A stretch of 64,000 nt of DNA. It comes from Squalus acanthias. Taxonomy: Eukaryota. This document shows, piece after piece, positions 35,694 through 49,323 of the stretch; positions within the stretch are counted from its first letter, which is position 1; each line of letters opens with the position of its first letter. Where the stretch lies: contig CM059432.1 of assembly GCA_030390025.1 (NCBI GenBank), positions 122,886,001 through 122,950,000 on the forward strand, given 5' to 3'. A program made the position numbers and the translations under genes. Below the pieces are notes generated by a model. The model had not been told where the DNA came from, searched no databases, and was given only the letters and a program-made list of their open reading frames with translations.

Positions 35694-37573
35694 AAAGGGA
35701 TTAATTCAGAGGGGGAAAATAGAATATGAGAGTAAGCTTGCAGGGAACATAAAAACTGACTGTAAAAGCTTCTATAGATATGTGAAGAGAAAAAGATTAG
35801 TGAAGTCAAGCGTAGGTCCCTTGCAGTCAGAATCAGGGGAATTTATAATGGGGAACAAAGAAATGGCAGACCAATTAAATACATACTTTGGTTCTGTCTT
35901 CACAAAGGAGGACACAAATAAACTCCCAGAGATGTCGGGGAACATAGGGTCTAATGAGAGGGAGGAATTGAATGAAATCAGTATTTGTGGGGAAATTGAC
36001 GGGATTGAAGGCCGATAAATCCCCAGGGCCTGATAATCTACATCCTAGGGTACTTAAGGAAGTGGCCCTAGAAATAGTAGATGCATTGCTGGTCATCTTC
36101 CAAAATTCTATAGACTCTGGAACAGTTCCCATGGATTGGAGGGTAGCTAATGTAACCCCACTATTTAAAAAGGGTGGTAGAGAAAAAACGAGAATTATAG
36201 ACCGGTAAGCCTGACATCGGTAGTGGGCAAAATGCTAGAGTCCATTATAAAAGATGTAATATCAGAGCACTTGGAAAACAGTGACGGGATCGGACAAAGT
36301 CAACATGGATTTACAAAAGGTAAATCATGCCTGACTAATCTACTGGAATTTTTTGAGGATGTAACTGGTAGAATAGATAAGGGAGAACCAGTGGATGTGG
36401 TGTATTTGGACTTTCAGAAGGCTTTCGATAAGGTCCTGCATAAGAGATTAGCGTGCAAAGTTAAAGCACATGGGATTGGGGGTAAGGTACTGATTTGGAT
36501 AGAGAACTGGTTGGCAGACAGGAAGCAAAGAGTTGGAATAAACGGGTCTTTTTCCGAGTGGGAGGCAGTGACTAGTGGGGCACCGCAGGGATCGGTGCTA
36601 GGACCCCAGCTAGTCACAATATATATTAATGATCTAGACGAGGGAACTAGATGTAATATCTCCAAGTTTGCAGATGACACAAAGCTGGGTGGGCGTGTGT
36701 GCTGTGAGGAGGATGCAGAGAAACTCCGGTATGATTTGGGCAGATGCATGGCAGATGCAGTATAATGTGGATAAATGCGAAGTTATCCACTTTGGTGGCA
36801 AAAACAGGAAGACAGATTATTATCTGAACGGCAATAGATTGGGAAAAGGGGAAGTGCGATGAGATCTGGGAGTCCTTGTGCACCAGTCGCTGAAGGTAAG
36901 CATGCAGGTGCAGCAGGCGGTTAAGAAGGCAAATGGTATGTTGGCCTTCATAGCGAGAGGAGTCGAGTACAGGAGCAAGGATGTCTTGCTGCAGTTGTAC
37001 AGGGCCTTGGTGAGACCACACCTTGAGTATTGTGTGCAGTTTTGGTCGCCTTATCTGAGGAAGGATGTTCTTGCCATGGAGGGAGTGCAGCGAAGATTTA
37101 CCAGACTGATACCTGGGATGGCAGGAATGACGTATGAAGAGAGATTGGGTCGATTAGGCTTATATTCGCTAGAGTTTAGAAGAATGAGAGGGGATCTCAT
37201 TGAAACTTATAAAATTCTAACAGGACTAGACAAACTAGATGCAGGAAGGATGTTCCCGATGGCGGGGGAGCCCAGAACCAGGGGTCACAGTCTAAGGATA
37301 AGGGGTAAGCCATTTAGGACTGAGATGAGGAGGAATTTCTTCACCCAGAGAGTGGTGAACTTGTGGAATTCTCTACCACAGAAGGCAGTTGAGGCCAATT
37401 CATTAAATATATTCAAGAAGGAGATAGATATATTTCTTAAGGCTAAAGGGATATGGGGAGAAAGCAGGGACAGGGTACTGAATTTGGATGATCAGCCATG
37501 ATCTCATTAAATGGCAGGAGCAGGCTCGAGGGGCCGAATGGCCTACTCCTGTTCCTATCTTCTATGCTTCTAA
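35694..37573 (+). mobile_element. CR1 LINE, ORF2 RT region to 3' end, frameshifted
   Basis: [60 protein letters not shown]. Confidence 0.96.
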
Positions 37574-37747
37574 CATGAACATGGATCCACAGCGCAAAAC
37601 TCGCTCTAATTGGTAATCTCTATCTAACAGGCTACAGTATGGCTGGTGTGGGAAATGGACAAATGTTACATTAGTTCAGCTGGGGGTACTCTCTGAAGTT
37701 GGGGTTCAGGCAGATTTTTGGGGGACAGTAGAGGGAACTTTGCATCT

Positions 37748-38185
37748 AGAAAGAAAGACTTGCATTTATATAGCACCTATCACAAGCTCAGGACTCTCCA
37801 AAGAGCTTTACAGCCATTGAAGTACTTTTGAAGTGTAGTCACTGTTGTAATTTAGGAAACATGGCAGCCAATTTGTGTACAGCAGGGTCCCACAACAGCA
37901 ATGTGATAATGACCAGGTTTTTTAGTGGTGTTGGTTGAGAGATAAATATTGGCCAGGACACCAGGGAGAACTCACCTGCTCTTCTTCAAAATAGTGCATT
38001 TTGATCTTTTACGTCCAGCTGAGAGGGCGGACAGGGCCTTAGTTTAACATCTCATCCGAAAGACGGCACCTCCGACAGTGCAGCACTCCCTCAGTACTGC
38101 ACTGGAGTGTCAGTCTGGATCTTGTGCTCAAGTCCCTGGAGTGCGACTTGAACCCACAACCTTCTGACGCGGAGGCAAGAGTACA
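37748..38185 (-). mobile_element. Deu-domain SINE
   Basis: Near full-length reverse copy of SINE consensus. Confidence 0.9.
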
Positions 38186-39929
38186 CCTGGCCTGGACGTG
38201 TTTGACCAGACACTCAGTTTATGAAAGTATACTTTCATTAGGATCCATTACCTTGACAAGTATAAAAATTCACAAAGTAAGCTTTTATAAGCTTGCTCTA
38301 ATGAACAGCCTTCTTCAAAATCCATGGCCATAGTGATGGGTCTATTCCAAGGGTGACTCTGAGATGGAACAGTACCAAGATGACCATTTGGCATCTCATC
38401 CAATGCCAGTTATGCTGTTAACCTATCGACATTAGAGGCACAGCACCTTAAAGTTACATTTGGCATGTTCTTAATATTTGCAATTTATCTGGGCCATTTG
38501 TGATAGGGGAGTTCTAGAACATATGAATACGGTCCTTAAATGAAAGTCACAGGTTTCCTCTTCACTGTTTGAGAAATCCTTCTAGGTGTGTGCTAATTAC
38601 TATTTCACATCATTCATTTAATTACCTTGTAGATACTTATCCAACTAAGTGTTGAAATCTGTGTTTTTCTTAAGAGAAAGAGATTAAGAGTCAACAGCGA
38701 GGTATTTCCTGCGATAATATATATTCATATATTTTTCGAAAAGAATGTTTCACCAGTAGCTACTATATTTGTCGTGGATATAGTTGGGTAATTCAGGAAG
38801 ATCAGAACGTTTTGGAGCAATCCAAATTGCCATCTGCAAAGCTCTGAAGCATCTGTTTTTAAAAACAAAAAAATGACCTGGGTGATCATACTATCCTTCT
38901 GTAATATCTTCACACTAATCCTGCATTATTGCCCATTCCATAAAATTACAGTACAAATACCTCAAAATAAAAATTAAAAGATAGCTTGTTATTCATAGGG
39001 ATTATGTTCATCTTGCTGACATCGACCTTCCATTTCCCATTAGGAGATTAAGGATTATTTCAGTTTCTTTAAAGACCTGTCAACATCTCTTGTTCAATTG
39101 GAAAAAGATTGCTGGCAACTGCCTTGTTATGAAAATCTACAAAGTTAGCTATTTAATTCCTAAAGATCATGGAATGTGTGGTATTGACAAATTGCAGAGA
39201 AGTGGTGCTTAGAAAGAGGAATTGTCTCTGATTTTTCCCACTTGGCTTTGGATCAGGATAATGGCCCATAATGATAAATTGGGAGTAAATGAGGGGTGGA
39301 ATTGAATTTGCCATCATAGCATTTTATTTCTGTGCTGCTCACAGTCCATCCTGTCAATCATGATGTCATTGCTGTGCACATTTAGTTTCAGAGCCAACAT
39401 CCATTTAAAGCAATGAAGAAATTGAGTACAAGTCGCATATATTTCAGATATATGATCTCATGACGGGGGAAAAAAAGCTTTGATTTTCTCCTGGCTGTTG
39501 TGCTTAGCCACTTGACTTGAAAGATTTTTACTTGCTGGTTATGTGTATTGCATGGTGAAACTATTTTCCAACTAACGCTGATCAGTTGCCAGCACAGGGG
39601 CAACGAGAGTAATGGAATTACTGACCCAACTCTTGCATTATGTTTTTAATCTCAGATTGGTCTTCACTCCTCACGGCTATGAATAATTTTATAAACCGTC
39701 AGAGAAAAAGCCAAGGTTATGGGTCTTGCTGGAAATTCCTGTTTTGGAGAAAGTGCCATCATTTTTTTTCCAATAAACACAAAGTGCCAGATTTTTAGAT
39801 AATGACTGTTTAATGGTAAATCTAGCAAAGCTAACTGAAAGTGAGATGCCTGCTTAATCCCAATTCAGATGATTACCTCTAATTACATTATTGATCTCCA
39901 ATAGCAGCTATTTACAAAAGTAAAATAAA

Positions 39930-40227
39930 CCCAATCTTTCTTTCCCTCTATTTCTGTTTCTGTACCTGATTTGAAATTGAATTCACCCTCTTTCTCTGTT
40001 CTTCCACTGCTTATTTTCCAATCTTTAAATCTCATTTGTTAAGGAGATACCCTGTTGGTTACTCTGTTCACTCAGGTCCCAGATGCCCTGTTTCCCTCGC
40101 TGTGTCGTTACCAACTCCCACTTTCAGCAACTTTGTGGGCAAAAAGCTTTTGAGCTGAAGGGTGCAGGAGCAAGTTTAACTAATGGCAGATGCTGTTAGA
40201 TGCCCCGCTACAACAAACTCTGACCCT
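39930..40227. mobile_element. Right-end fragment related to the 57210-57973 DNA element
   Basis: Shared tttctgtacctgatttga..attga, ctgttcactcaggtccc, ggcagatgctgttagatg. Confidence 0.7.
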
Positions 40228-40396
40228 ATGTTTTGATATTTAATTTTTCTTGTCCTAGTTAACAAGACATAGTAATATTTTGCAAAAAAAAAAATGTTTT
40301 ATGCAGAATATAAATGCCTTATTGTAATGGGTTTGATCTTTTACATGGGTGGAATTATTTCATGTACTTCAATAGTAGGGCAACTGTGTAAAAAAA

Positions 40397-40437
40397 AATA
40401 AATAAATAAATAAATAAATAAATAAAAAATAAAAAAA
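40397..40437. repeat. (AAAT)n microsatellite
   Basis: Directly visible. Confidence 0.85.
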
Positions 40438-40537
40438 TTCATTCAGGCACTTGCAGCAGTAATACTGCTCTTATGGTGTACTATACAGAATCAAAGTACT
40501 AGGCGTGGCTTTTCTTGTTTTATAATTAAATAATAAT

Positions 40538-41576
40538 GGCCTGGAATTTGCGGTCAGTGGTGAAGCAAAGGCATTCGCCACTGGCCTCGAAGAAAGCTCC
40601 CCACAGAGCTTTTGAGATCTCAGGTGATTTCAGTGCAGTATAGTGGGGATCACCAGCGCGATCTGCTGTGATGTCAACAAGCTGTCTAAGCAGCCAATCA
40701 CAATGTCAAATTATCACAGGCGGAAGCAGGAAATGAGAACCTGCTTTTATCCCGACTTTTAAAAAATATTAAAGAGCAAAACAAAGATTGGGGCTCTCAC
40801 AGAGGGATAAGGTAGAACCTGAAATATCATGAACAAACTTTAAAAAAAAAGAAGCTTTTTTTTTAAAGTTTCTTAAAAATTTAAATTTTTTATCATAATT
40901 GAGAAATTTGATACTCCATGAAATGAAAATTAGTTTTCCAGGGCCATAACGTCTGTTTAGCAATCAATACGCTGTTAAAACCTCAGTTACACCTAATCCA
41001 ATAAGGCCTAACATTTAATGGGGTATTTAACAGCGGTATTATCGCAGAAAAGCCATGTTTCACTGATTTCCCTGATTACACTTTTTCTTTCGTATGGTAG
41101 TAGCAAAGCAAATCAGATTTCAATTGGATATCCAGGCCAAAGCTTCCAGTGTAACATTGTGGCTATCTTGTAGGCTGCCTGCGAATTTCCTCTGAGGGCA
41201 GTGCTGAATGTTGTGCTACAGGGTCTGATTACACTGATTGCCGGCTATGGGGGGGTGGGGGCGGGGGCGGTGGCAGTCCACAGCACAGCAGGTGCCAGAG
41301 CAGTGAATGACTGACCACGTTTACAATAGCAAAATACTGCGGATGCTGGAAATCCGAAATAACAACAAAACGCTGGAAAAACTCAGCAGGCCAGGCAACA
41401 TCCGTGGAGAGAGAAAGAGAGTTAACGTTTCAGGTCGAAACCCTTCGTCGGAACTGAGAGAACTGACCACGTTTAGATGCGCATGCACTAAATCCTGAAG
41501 TTGCGGTCAGTTTCAATGGGGTAATGTCGGCGAACGCTGACCGTTTGCCGTTATTACCCACTGCAAATTCCGGCCC
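40538..41576. mobile_element. PIF/Harbinger-like non-autonomous element, inverted relative of 25023-25783
   Basis: Termini GGCCTGGAATTTGC / GCAAATTCCGGCCC; ends are reverse complements of the 25 kb copy. Confidence 0.75.
41324..41461 (-). mobile_element. Solo Penelope pLTR/hammerhead unit with 14-bp TSD
   Basis: ACTGACCACGTTTA at 41310-41323 and 41462-41475. Confidence 0.85.
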
Positions 41577-42307
41577 ATTATTTTTGAATGATTGAACTGA
41601 CTTTAAAAATGTCTTCATATGTTTTAATGGAGCTAGAAGTTCATGCTAATTCTGTGGAAAATTGAAGCCCAAATAACTTAATGCTACATCCTTTTATTTT
41701 GTTTGAGGATTTTTTGTTAGCCAGCCAGTTCTTTGCTAACATTAAGAATTTTTAAAATGAAAGTTTAGAAAGTTCAGAGTCAGTCTAGTGGACTTCTCAG
41801 GTGTTTCTTATAGAAAGCCAAATCTGTCAGATTACCTATTACTCAAAATCCTTGAGTTTGGTGACGTCACTCCAGTTATACTGCAGTTTTTCTGTTGATG
41901 CGATGTAGTCTTTGAGTTGCATTAGCACAAATATTGTAATACAGCTTTTAGCTGGTGATTATTTTTGCTACTCCCAGGAGATCTTATCTTGGACCTCCTC
42001 AAAGTAGTCCCTTTGATCGTGTTGGCACCTGTGGTCACATGGAATTACAGCTCCTTGGAGCCAAACCACCATGTGGTTCTGAAAACCAGGAGGGATGTAT
42101 TTTGGCTTATGAAAATGACTTGAGATTTCTGTCCTAGTCAACACTTTAATATAATGCCAAGAGCTGGAGTCCAATAAGAGAGAGACAAAAATAGAGTCTG
42201 TTATGCCTTTAATGATTTACAATCCGGTCTTCTTTAGCGCTTTCTGCAGAAGGAATGGTGAGAGTGAGTTGTTGTGTGCTTTAATGGTATTTTTCTTTCT
42301 ATTCTAG

Positions 42308-42495
42308 TGGAAGCAGTTCCCAAGGAATTCCTAACTCTACAAGTCCGATGTCTAACCATTCTGTGGCTGATTTGGCCCACTTGGAGCTGCCTGAGATGGA
42401 AAGTGAGGATTCCTCGGAGCTTCAATTCCAGCAGCTTAGTCTCCCACAGTTTTGTGTGGTTGTCCTGGAGCATGCAGTGCCCATGCTCCGAACAG
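42308..42495 (+). CDS. RTTN: Rotatin exon 9 (SGSSSQG...[38 protein letters not shown])
   Basis: ttctag acceptor, gtaacc donor; phase 2 to 1; [14 protein letters not shown] motif. Confidence 0.96.
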
Positions 42496-44506
42496 GTAAC
42501 CAGCCTCATGGAAACTGTTCTTTGCGTAACATTCAAGTTTTATCCCTTCGTCACATAGCCCAGGTCGTAAGGGGGGAACAAACGTTTACAACATGGATGC
42601 AAGACCAGGGAGATAGAGGTCAACTGACAGAAAGAAACTGGCTCTGTTTTTTTTTTAAAGCATATGCAGGACTTGGTAGCACAATGGGGTAGAATAGCAT
42701 TGATTGATCCCTGAGAAATTAAATTCAGCTGAGATTGGTTGGAAGTCTTTTCCCTGTAGACAGTTATAATGTCAAGTAAAAGAATTTGGCCCATCTAAAT
42801 CTGAAAATGCCCACTGATGGAACAGGAGGTGCCCCTCTGAGCTTTGGGTTGAGGCATGTTGTTGGGATGGAATAGGAGTTGAATTCTGCATTAAACTTGG
42901 GAGTGTGTTTTGGTACCACTGAATACATTCCGTATTACTTACATTTGTGACCTTGATGGCACAAAAAAATTAAAAAGGAAAAGTAATGCCACAGTGATAA
43001 CTCTTGAATTAATAATGGATAGCTGGGACTGCTCAAAAGGAGAGCGAGACCCATAATTAGGTGCCCCACCCACGTGATTCATTATGGTAATGGATCTATT
43101 ACTGTCGTACATGCAGTATTTTGATTTGATAATTGATATCATGTGGCGTTGCACACAGGTAGTCTGGAGTACAGTTGTGATCTTCAGCTACGAACGTTGC
43201 CAATCCTTTTAGGATTACTACTCACTGTGGGGGAACTACCCTAAATAGGGCCTGCCCGAAGTCAATTAGAGGCTAAATTGCTGCTGTACATTTATCTAGA
43301 TTGCCATCTACTTGGTGCCTCTTGTTGGAGGAAGTGACTGGCTTTTTTTCTGTTTTTATACAGTTAAGATTGTTCTTTAAAAGGGAAAAAGAATTCTAAC
43401 TGGTTCAGTGTTTTCTCAACCCTGGACGTCAAGGCAGATACTGATGAACACAACTATACTGAAAGATCAGCTCATTGTGATTATAGCACAAAGGTTAATC
43501 ATGAGATAAAAGAGTTGATTGCCAGGAAATGCAATTATAAATAATAATCCCCGATGTGAGGGATGGTCAGGAAAATGTTAATATTGCATTAATTTGTAAC
43601 CTGTTGTCCTTTTAAAAAGTTATCCTTTCTTGAGTGGACAGTTGCTCATTAAATGCACAGTGCTTTTGAGAGTATAGGGCATTGCTGGCAATCAATGATA
43701 TAATGTACTTTCCATAAAGTGGAGAGACAGACTGGGGGAGTGGTTCTTGTTCAAAGTACTCCATCATTCTACATAGAAGATTAATATACTTGCAATATTT
43801 TGTACAAACAAATGTTTTCCAGCCTGCTTGGAGAGCCTCATATCAGGTTGCTCTTGTTGCCAGGCTTCTCAATGACCGCACAGTTGCAGCAGCACAGTCC
43901 CCATTCATTCAGAAGTGACTCCACAATGAACAACTGGCAATGTGACGTCATACTGGCTTGTGAGCTCCTCGTAGCTCTGTCCAACTCCAGGAAACCATGC
44001 TGCAGGTTGGGATACTGTATCCCCAGCTAGTACTTTGATTTCCGCAGCTTGTGGCTACTGTTGTTTACTGTGCAGCCATAGCAAGATTGACTGGGCCACT
44101 TTGCATCAGTAACATCGTCCAGGGTGGCCTAGCAGAATCTCCATGCAGGCAATCATATCACTTTCTACAAAAAAAATGCAAATGATATAATGGAGCTTTC
44201 CTATACGAGGTGGTGGCATACTTTAAATGTTAATCAAAAACTTCTCCCTTTTATACTTCATTTCCCTTTAGGTGTTTTTTTTTTAAGTGCAACATTTCAG
44301 TAAAGTATTCTGAAGTTTTTTTTAAAACTTATTTAAGTGCACATATCTTCATTGATTTCTTGAAAACTATTATTTTCCAGTGGAATTGTACTGTTATAGA
44401 GGTCATCTCTCAATGTTCAATATGTTTAGTTTATAAAATATAGATCTTTTATGCTGTTGACTCAATAAATTTTCAAGCATTAAGTTGGCAGCGATCCTTT
44501 TTGCAG

Positions 44507-44622
44507 GTAGTAGGAAGATTGTTTTGTGTGTACTGGAGATGCTGACAGAAGTGGTGTTGCTCATCAGTGATTCAATCTCTGAAGAGGTCTGGGTTGATGA
44601 TAGTCTTACAGGTCGAGAACTG
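44507..44622 (+). CDS. RTTN: Rotatin exon 10 (GSRKIVLCVLEMLTEVVLLISDSISEEVWVDDSLTGREL)
   Basis: ttttgcag acceptor, gtaaga donor; phase 1 to 0; homologous to GSRQVIIRVLELLTE. Confidence 0.93.
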
Positions 44623-46134
44623 GTAAGACTATTCATTATGTGCTGCAGCTTATGTTAATGCAAACCGATCATGGTGCACTTGTGTGCATGTTATTTAACT
44701 GACTGGCATTTTTAAGTTTGTTTGCATCGATTTCTGAGCTACATAAAATCTAATTTATTGGATATGTTTATAAACAGAACTGCATATTCTATTAAGGTGA
44801 AACTGAATAGGTCCGAAGAGTTATTGGTCTGCTTATCTGAGATCAAGTACAGTCTTAATTTCTTTTTTGCCGATGCACTGAATTAGTGATGACTTACTTC
44901 AGTTCTCCATACATTTATTTGCTCCCCACGGGTGTCAGCGTACTGCCGGCTGTTTTGTTTTCTGAAGGTTCCCAGTGGCCGCAATGGGAAACTGCCACTG
45001 GGAAAGGATGGTAATAACAATCCATCAGTTATTTTTCTTTTATAGTTTGTGATGCCGATCAAAACTAGTGTTGTCTCTACTACATTGGATAATAGAAAGA
45101 AAGATTTAAATAGTGCCTTTCACAAACTCAGGACATCCCAAAAATGCTTTACAGCCAATAAAGTACTGATGTAGTGTAGCAAATAATAAAGTAATCTTCC
45201 TGAGCATCTGGAGCCCTGCTATGTGCAGGGTAAGACTCTGGTCGTGCATTGGATAATAATAGATACCATCAAAGTGGGGGGGGGGGGGAAGGGGAAGGGG
45301 GAAGAGATAATTATTGTAGCACACCCTGATTTAAAAAAGACATCAAATATAATAGCAGTGTGATGGATGTTTGTATTTTCAGATTTTTTAATTCCACTGA
45401 ACATGGTAAACCTAAAAATTACTCCTGCTTTTCTGCAAATACAACTGATAACTACCCTCGGTAAATCTTGCTTCAAATCTCACTGACCATTGTCACAAGA
45501 AAAGCACCACACTTGGGTCACAGCTTCCCGATCTATTGGTGAATATTCTGGTTCTAACCAGTAGGGGGAAGCAGTAAATCAGTAATACGTCTGTTGCAGA
45601 GACGCTAATAATACACAAGTGTGTAATACCAGTTTGATATGCAGGCAAAAGAAAGAGATATATTTCAGATTTCCAGCATCTGTTGTATTTTGCCTACGGA
45701 CAGACTAATGCTAACTGTAAAATTCTTGCAACGCTGTCTGGTTGAAGCACTTAAGTAGGGTTGTGGTCTGCAGCTGTAGGAATCTTGCTCTGTAGACAAT
45801 GCAGGCTGACTATCAAGTTTTTTCCGTTACCTGCAGACAAAGCCATTAGTAAATGCTGGCCTTGCCAGCGACGCCCACATCCCAGGAACGAATAAAAGAA
45901 ATCAGCCCTTTAGAGCCAGAATACCCCCGTTTATAAGGACCAGGTGAACCATAGTTAGTGTTGCACAACATATTTGCTGCTAAAAGATATTTATAGCCAT
46001 TTAGAAATGAAACGGAAGAGAAAATGGGTACAGATAGGTTGCGATTGGGTAGTCAACTAGCTTGTTCCTGTTATTGCAGTTTACTTCGAGGTGAGTCAGA
46101 TCAGTCGGACCTGAGAACATAAGGTTAAATATTT

Positions 46135-46162
46135 ATTTATATTTATATATATATATATATAT
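46135..46162. repeat. (TA)n microsatellite at an L2 tail
   Basis: Directly visible. Confidence 0.8.
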
Positions 46163-46588
46163 CAACTTGCATTTATATAGAAAAACATCCCAAAATGCTT
46201 CACATCACACAAAAATGGATCCCAAGCTAAAGGAGATATTAGGCGGGGTGAACATAAGTTTGGTCAAAGAGGCACGTTTTAAGGAGAGTCTTAAAGTAGG
46301 TGGTAGAGAGGCAGACGTCTGTAGGAAGGGAATTCCAGATCATGGGGCTTAGCAGGCTGAAGCCACAGCCGCCCATGGTGGGGCAGAGGGAGGAATGGAG
46401 AGTTTGGCCGAGGGTGTGGGAGGTAGGTGGTTGTAGGGCTGGAAGAAGTTACAGAGACAGGGAAGGTGAGGTCATGAAGGGATTGAAACACAAGGATGAA
46501 AATTTTAAATTGGATGATTTGGGGGACAGGGAGCCAATGTAGTTCAGCAAGGACAGGGGTAATAAGAGAACAGGACCTGGTGCGGGAT
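46163..46588 (-). mobile_element. L2 3' fragment
   Basis: caacttgcatttatatag tail; ggagccaatgtag..agcaaggacaggg. Confidence 0.8.
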
Positions 46589-47225
46589 TAGAACCTAGGA
46601 ACAGGAGTATGCCATTCAGCCTGCTCTGTCATTCAATCAGATTATGGCTGATTTGCACCTCAACTCCATTTTTCTACCTTTGCTCCATATCCCTTGATGC
46701 CCTTATCTAACAAAAATCTATCCATCTCAGACTTGAAAGCTTCAATTGTACCAGCATCTGCAGTCTTTTTGGGGAGAGAGTTCCAAATTTCTGCTACCCT
46801 TTATGTGGAAAAAGTGCTTCCTGATTTCACTCCTGAATGGCCCAGCTCTAATTTTAAGATTATGTCCCCTCGTTCTTGATTTTCCCCACCAGAGGAAATA
46901 GTTTCTCCATATCTATCCTATCAAATCCATTTAACATTCAATCAGACCACACTTCAGGGAATACAAGCCAAGTTTATGCAACCTGTCCTCGTAATTTAAC
47001 CCTCTAAGCCCCGGTATCATTCTGGTGAATCTGTGCTGCACCCGCTCCTTCCTGAGGTGTGGTGCCCAAAGCTGAACGCAGTACTCCAGATGGAGTTTGA
47101 CCAAAGCTCGATACAACTGAAGCATAACTTCCCTTTGTATTCCAGCCCCCTTGAGATGAAGGCCAACATTCCAGTAGCCTTTTTGATTAATTTTTGTACC
47201 TGTCTACTGGTTTTTAATGATTTGA
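46589..47225 (-). mobile_element. CR1 3' fragment
   Basis: LQLYRALVKLHLEYCVQLWAPHLRK. Confidence 0.9.
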
Positions 47226-47324
47226 ACTAGTGGCTTTGACTATTACCTTACCTAGCAGATTATTCCAAAGATGTATCACCCTTTGAGGGAAGAAATGTTT
47301 TCACATTTATTTTACCATATATCC

Positions 47325-48000
47325 ATTGTCCGACTTAGTGAGATGGCTTTCACTCTTGCCTATCCGATCATAGCCAAAGTAGCTCCAGCAATGGCTTCTC
47401 TTCTCGCTCTCCACCATTACTTCCAGATTCCTACAAGGATCTCGCCTCGGCCCCCTCCTCTTGCTCGTCTACATGCTGTCCCTTGGCGACATAAACAGCA
47501 GATATGGGTCTGCTTCCAGATGTATGCCGATGACACCCAGCTCTCTCTATCCACCACCTCTCTCGACCCCTTCACTGCCTCTGTGCTGTTCGACTGCTTG
47601 TCCGATATCCAGTTGTCGGTGAGCTGCAATATCCTCCAATTAAACATTGGGAAGTCTGAGGCCATCGTCTTCGCCCCCGCCACAAACTCTGTACTCTTGC
47701 CATCAATTCCATTCCTCCCCCCCAGCCATTGTCTCAGACTGAACCAGACTGTTCCCAATCTCAGTGTCCCATTTGACCCCAAACGGAGCTTCTGGCCCAC
47801 ATACGCTACATCACAAAGACCGTACACTTCCATCTACGCAACATTGCCTGCCTTTGCTCCTGCCACAGCCTATCTGCAGCTGAAACTATTGGCACTTCCT
47901 TTGTCACCTACAGACTTGAATATTACCAAACTTTATTGCCTGACCTCCCATCCTCCACTATCCATAATCTTCAGCTCATCCAAAATTCTGCTGCCTGTAT
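47325..48000 (+). mobile_element. L2 RT fragment
   Basis: FQMYADDTQLSLS, LQLNIGKSEAIVF. Confidence 0.85.
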
Positions 48001-48850
48001 CTAGTTGAATTTTTTGAGGAGGTCACTGATGAGATAGATAAGGGAGTGACTGTGGATATTATCTATATGGATTTCCAGAAAGCATTTGATAAGGTTCCAC
48101 AAGAGATTATTAGCAAAAATGAGAGTCCACTGAATTGAAGGTAGCCTTTTGACAGGGCAACACGGTGGCATAGTGGTTAGCACTGTTGCCTCACAGCGCC
48201 AGGGACCCGGGTTCGAATCCGGCCTCAGGTGACTGTCTGTGTGGAGTTTGCACATTCTCCCCGTGTCTGCGTGGGTTTCCTCCGGGTGCTCCGGTTTCCT
48301 CCCACAGTCCAAAGATGTGCGGGTTAGGTTGATTTGGCTATGAAAAATTGACCCTTAGTGTTAGGGGGGATTAAATACGTGGGGTTACGGGGATAGGGTG
48401 GGATATGTGTCGGTGCAGGCTCGATGGGCCGAAATGGCCTCTATCTGCACTGTGGGGATTCTGTGACTTTGGTTGGAAATTGGTTGGGAGGTAGGAGACA
48501 GAGAATGGGGATAAAGGATAGGTACTCTGACTAGATGTCACAAGTGGTGTTCCTCAGGGAGCTGTACTGGGGCCTCAACTTTTCACCATATTTATTAATG
48601 ACTTGGATATACAACTTTCTACTCTTCATCCAGGTTTACAGATGAGATTAAGTTAGGAGGGACAGTAAGTATTACAGATGGGAGCAGGAAGTTGCAAAGG
48701 CACATAGACAGATTAAGTGTGTGGGTAAATAGAGTTCAATGTGGGCAAATGTGAGGTCATCTACTGTGGACCCAAGAAAGATAAATCAGAGTAATTTCTA
48801 AATGGTGAGAAACTAGAAACTGTAGAAGAGCAAGCTATTTAGGAGTCTAG
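48001..48850 (+). mobile_element. Degraded CR1 RT fragment interrupted by HE1-like SINE
   Basis: tatatggatttccagaaagcatttgataaggttcca (YMDFQKAFDKVP), ggtgttcctcaggga. Confidence 0.85.
48155..48465 (+). mobile_element. HE1-like (V-SINE) SINE, near full length
   Basis: Very similar to reverse complement of 15725-16024. Confidence 0.92.
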
Positions 48851-49152
48851 TTCAAAGTGCAGTCTATTGGTAGGTTGGGTAAGTTGAAGTATGAAAGAAT
48901 GAACTTCAATAGACCAAATGGCCTTTTCTCACCCGTGACCCTTTGTTCTTGCTTTCAGAGTAATGCATGTTTTTGAACAGTTATTTAAATTATTATTTTT
49001 GTTATTGAATGTTTAATTGGCAGTTTCTCTTCTGGGACACATTGATATCTGTACGTTATTAGATTTTGTTTAAGTTAAGTTAAAGCCAGTGTTATTGATT
49101 TATGGTATTTCAAATGAGCCGCTATAATGTTTTTTAACCCTGCTATTTACAG

Positions 49153-49323
49153 AGGGAAAACCTGATTGCAAGCTTGGATGCTCTAGGGGAAACTCTTGGC
49201 TATCACAATACCAGCATTACTGCAGCGCAGTCAGAAGCTACTATAGTGCACCACCGAATGGCATTTGTCAGCATTGCATTATTCACTGTACGTCTGCTAC
49301 AAATAGTCCTCCCTGTGGAGAAG
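49153..49323 (+). CDS. RTTN: Rotatin exon 11 ([18 protein letters not shown]...[26 protein letters not shown])
   Basis: tttacag acceptor, gtgaga donor; 171 nt; VHHRMAF...VRLLQ..LPVEK motif. Confidence 0.96.

Noticed and set aside
35575..37501. Series of ORFs as an active retroelement or operon
   Set aside because: 5'-truncated CR1 ORF2 broken by frameshifts; no endonuclease domain or ORF1
44500..44514. Tandem acceptors cag-gtag-tag at exon 10
   Set aside because: Downstream AGs shift the frame (+4, +7); only the first AG restores the conserved GSR sequence
48155..48230. tRNA gene
   Set aside because: tRNA-derived SINE head continuing directly into the V domain; no acceptor stem or terminator
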